In this document: positions 61,310-64,000 of the stretch, in pieces
How the letters are laid out: every line of letters begins with the position of its first letter
Position numbering within the stretch: position 1 is the first letter of the stretch
Position numbers and translations under genes: made by a program
Notes under the pieces: model-generated
Database searches by the model: none
What the model saw: the letters and a program-made list of their open reading frames with translations, nothing else
Told to the model about the DNA's origin: nothing
NCBI RefSeq assembly: GCF_037042905.1
Contig: NC_087251.1
Span: 13,208,001 to 13,272,000 of the forward strand
Direction: 5' to 3'
DNA: 64,000 bases
From: Lytechinus pictus
Taxonomy: Eukaryota

Positions 61310-64000
61310 GAGGAAATAATATAAATATATGGAGGACAATGGAAGATGAGGTGAGGCAAGTGTGCAGTGAGGTTTTTTTTTTCAGAAGAGGAGATAATAC
61401 AAATATATTATGGAGGACAATGTAAGATGAGCTGAGGCAAGTGTACAGTGAGGTTTTTCAAAAAAGGAGATAATACAAATATATGTGGAGGACAATGTAA
61501 GATGAGATGAGGCAAGTGTGCAGTGAGGTTTTTTTTTTCAAAAAAGGAGATAATACAAATATATATGGAGGACAATGTAAGATGAGATGAGGCAAGTGTA
61601 CGGTGAGGTTTTATCAAAAAATGTATAATGATAAAATATATGTAGAGGACAATGTAAGATGAGCTGAGGCAAGTGTGCAGTGAGGTTTTTCCAAAAGAGG
61701 AGATAATATAAATATATGTGGAGGATAATGTAAGATGAGCTGAGGCAAGTGTGCAGTGAGGTTTTTTCAAAAGAGGAGATAATATAAATATATATGGAGG
61801 ACAATGTAAGATGAGATGAGGCAAGTGTGCAGTGAGGGTTTTTTTTTCAAAAAAGGAGATAATACAAATATATATGGAGGACAATGTAAGATGAGATGAG
61901 GCAAGTGTGCAGTGAGGTTTTTTCCAAAGAGGAGATAAAATAAATATATGTGAAGGACAATGTAAGGTGAGATGAGGCAAGTGTGCAGTGAGGTTTTTCC
62001 AAAAGAGGAAATAATATAAATATATGGAGGACAATGGAAGATGAGGTGAGGCAAGTGTGCAGTGAGGTTTTTTTTTTAGAAGAGGAGATAATACAAATAT
62101 ATTATGGAGGACAATGTAAGATGAGCTGAGGCAAGTGTACAGTGAGGTTTTTCAAAAAAGGAGATAATACAAATATATGTGGAGGACAATGTAAGATGAG
62201 ATGAGGCAAGTATGCAGTGAGGTTTTTTCAAAAGAGGAGATAATATAAATATATGTGGAGGATAATGTAAGATGAGATGAAGCAAGTGTGCAGTGAGGTT
62301 TTTTTCAAAAGAGGAGACAATATAAATATATGTGGAGGACAATGTAAGATGAGATGAGGCAAGTGTGCAGTGAGGTTTTTTCAGAAGAGGAGATAATACA
62401 AATATATTATGGAGGACAATGTAAGATGAGCTGAGGCAAGTGTACAGTGAGGTTTTTTCAAAAGAGGAGATAAAATAAATATATGTGAAGGACAATGTAA
62501 GATGAGATGAGGCAAGTGTACGGTGAGGTTTTATCAAAAAATGTATAATGATAAAATATATGTAGAGGACAATGTAAGATGAGCTGAGGCAAGTGTGCAG
62601 TGAGGTTTTTCCAAAAGAGGAGATAATATAAATATATGTGGAGGATAATGTAAGATGAGCTGTGGCAAGTGTGCAGTGAGGTTTTTTTCAAAAGAAGAGA
62701 TAATACAAATATATATGGAGGACAATGTAAGATGAGATGAGGCAAGTGTGCAGTGAGGTTTTTTTTTTCAAAAAAGGAGATAATACAAATATATATGGAG
62801 GACAATGTAAGATGAGATGAGGCAAGTGTGCAGTGAGGTTTTTTCAAAAGAGGAGATAATATAAATATATGTGGAGGATAATGTAAGATGAGCTGAGGCA
62901 AGTGTGCAGTGAGGTTTTTTTCAAAAGAGGAGATAATACAAATATATATGGAGGACAATGTAAGATGAGATGAGGCAAGTGTGCAGTGAGGTTTTTTTTT
63001 TCAAAAAAGGAGATAATACAAATATATATGGAGGACAATGTAAGATGAGATGAGGCAAGTGTGCAGTGAGGTTTTTTCAAAAGAGGAGATAAAATAAATA
63101 TATGTGAAGGACAATGTAAGATGAGATGAGGCAAGTGTGCAGTGAGGTTTTTCCAAAAGAGGAGATAATATAAATATATGTGGAGGATAATGTAAGATGA
63201 GCTGAGGCAAGTGTGCAGTGAGGTTTTTTTCAAAAGAGGAGATAATACAAATATATATGGAGGACAATGTAAGATGAGATGAGGCAAGTGTGCAGTGAGG
63301 TTTTTTCAAAAAAGGAGATAATACAAATATATGTGGAGGACAATGTAAGATGAGATGAGGCAAGTATGCAGTGAGGTTTTTTCAAAAGAGGAGATAATAT
63401 AAATATATGTGGAGGATAATGTAAGATGAGATGAGGCAAGTGTGCAGTGAGGTTTTTTTCAAAAGAGGAGACAATATAAATATATGTGGAGGACAATGTA
63501 AGATGAGATGAGGCAAGTGTGCAGTGAGGTTTTTTCAGAAGAGGAGATAATACAAATATATTATGGAGGACAATGTAAGATGAGCTGAGGCAAGTGTACA
63601 GTGAGGTTTTTTCAAAAGAGGAGATAAAATAAATATATGTGAAGGACAATGTAAGATGAGATGAGGCAAGTGTACGGTGAGGTTTTATCAAAAAATGTAT
63701 AATGATAAAATATATGTAGAGGACAATGTAAGATGAGCTGAGGCAAGTGTGCAGTGAGGTTTTTCCAAAAGAGGAGATAATATAAATATATGTGGAGGAT
63801 AATGTAAGATGAGCTGAGGCAAGTGTGCAGTGAGGTTTTTTCAAAAGAGGAGATAATACAAATATATATGGAGGACAATGTAAGATGAGATGAGGCAAGT
63901 GTGCAGTGAGGTTTTTTTTTTCAAAAAAGGAGATAATACAAATATATATGGAGGACAATGTAAGATGAGATGAGGCAAGTGTGCAGTGAGGTTTTTTCAA
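61310..64000. repeat. ~77-bp satellite/minisatellite array, about 35 units, running off the window end
   Basis: The unit is approximately GGAGATAATACAAATATATATGGAGGACAATGTAAGATGAGATGAGGCAAGTGTGCAGTGAGGT(n)CAAAAGA with variable T runs. Confidence 0.97.

Noticed and set aside
61310..64000. Long His/Leu/Cys-rich ORFs and a CRISPR-like look in the terminal array
   Set aside because: These are tandem monomers with no unique spacers and no cas genes, in a eukaryotic context. The ORFs are translations of a stop-poor repeat strand.

Overview
This is AT-rich, repeat-dense animal genomic DNA. The gene content and the SINE/MITE families suggest a sea urchin or related echinoderm, which is an inference. 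Two spliced genes can be reconstructed by hand, both on the minus strand. CCDC61 (centrosomal SAS6-family coiled-coil protein) has 15 coding exons at 2458-14414 (about 544 aa). An ADP-ribosyl cyclase of the CD38/BST1 family has 7 coding exons at 32709-44029 (about 328 aa, signal peptide, probable GPI signal). Most of the rest is mobile DNA: a decayed RNase H-bearing I-group LINE with two nested retroinsertions, CR1-group and L1/Tx1 LINE 3' fragments, tRNA-derived SINEs, many MITEs, a Helentron-type element with internal tandem repeats, and a ~77-bp satellite at the window end. Highlights: (1) a 2.74-kb palindromic Tc1 element made of two head-to-head transposase copies at one TA site in a cyclase intron, predicted to give a ~1.2-kb pre-mRNA hairpin; (2) an AT-AC minor-spliceosome (U12) intron in CCDC61; (3) a minimal hammerhead ribozyme motif in the loop of a Penelope-like inverted repeat, sense to CCDC61 pre-mRNA; (4) a non-canonical cyclase signature (TLEDTL replaced by VLGETF). 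All calls were made by eye and no searches were run.
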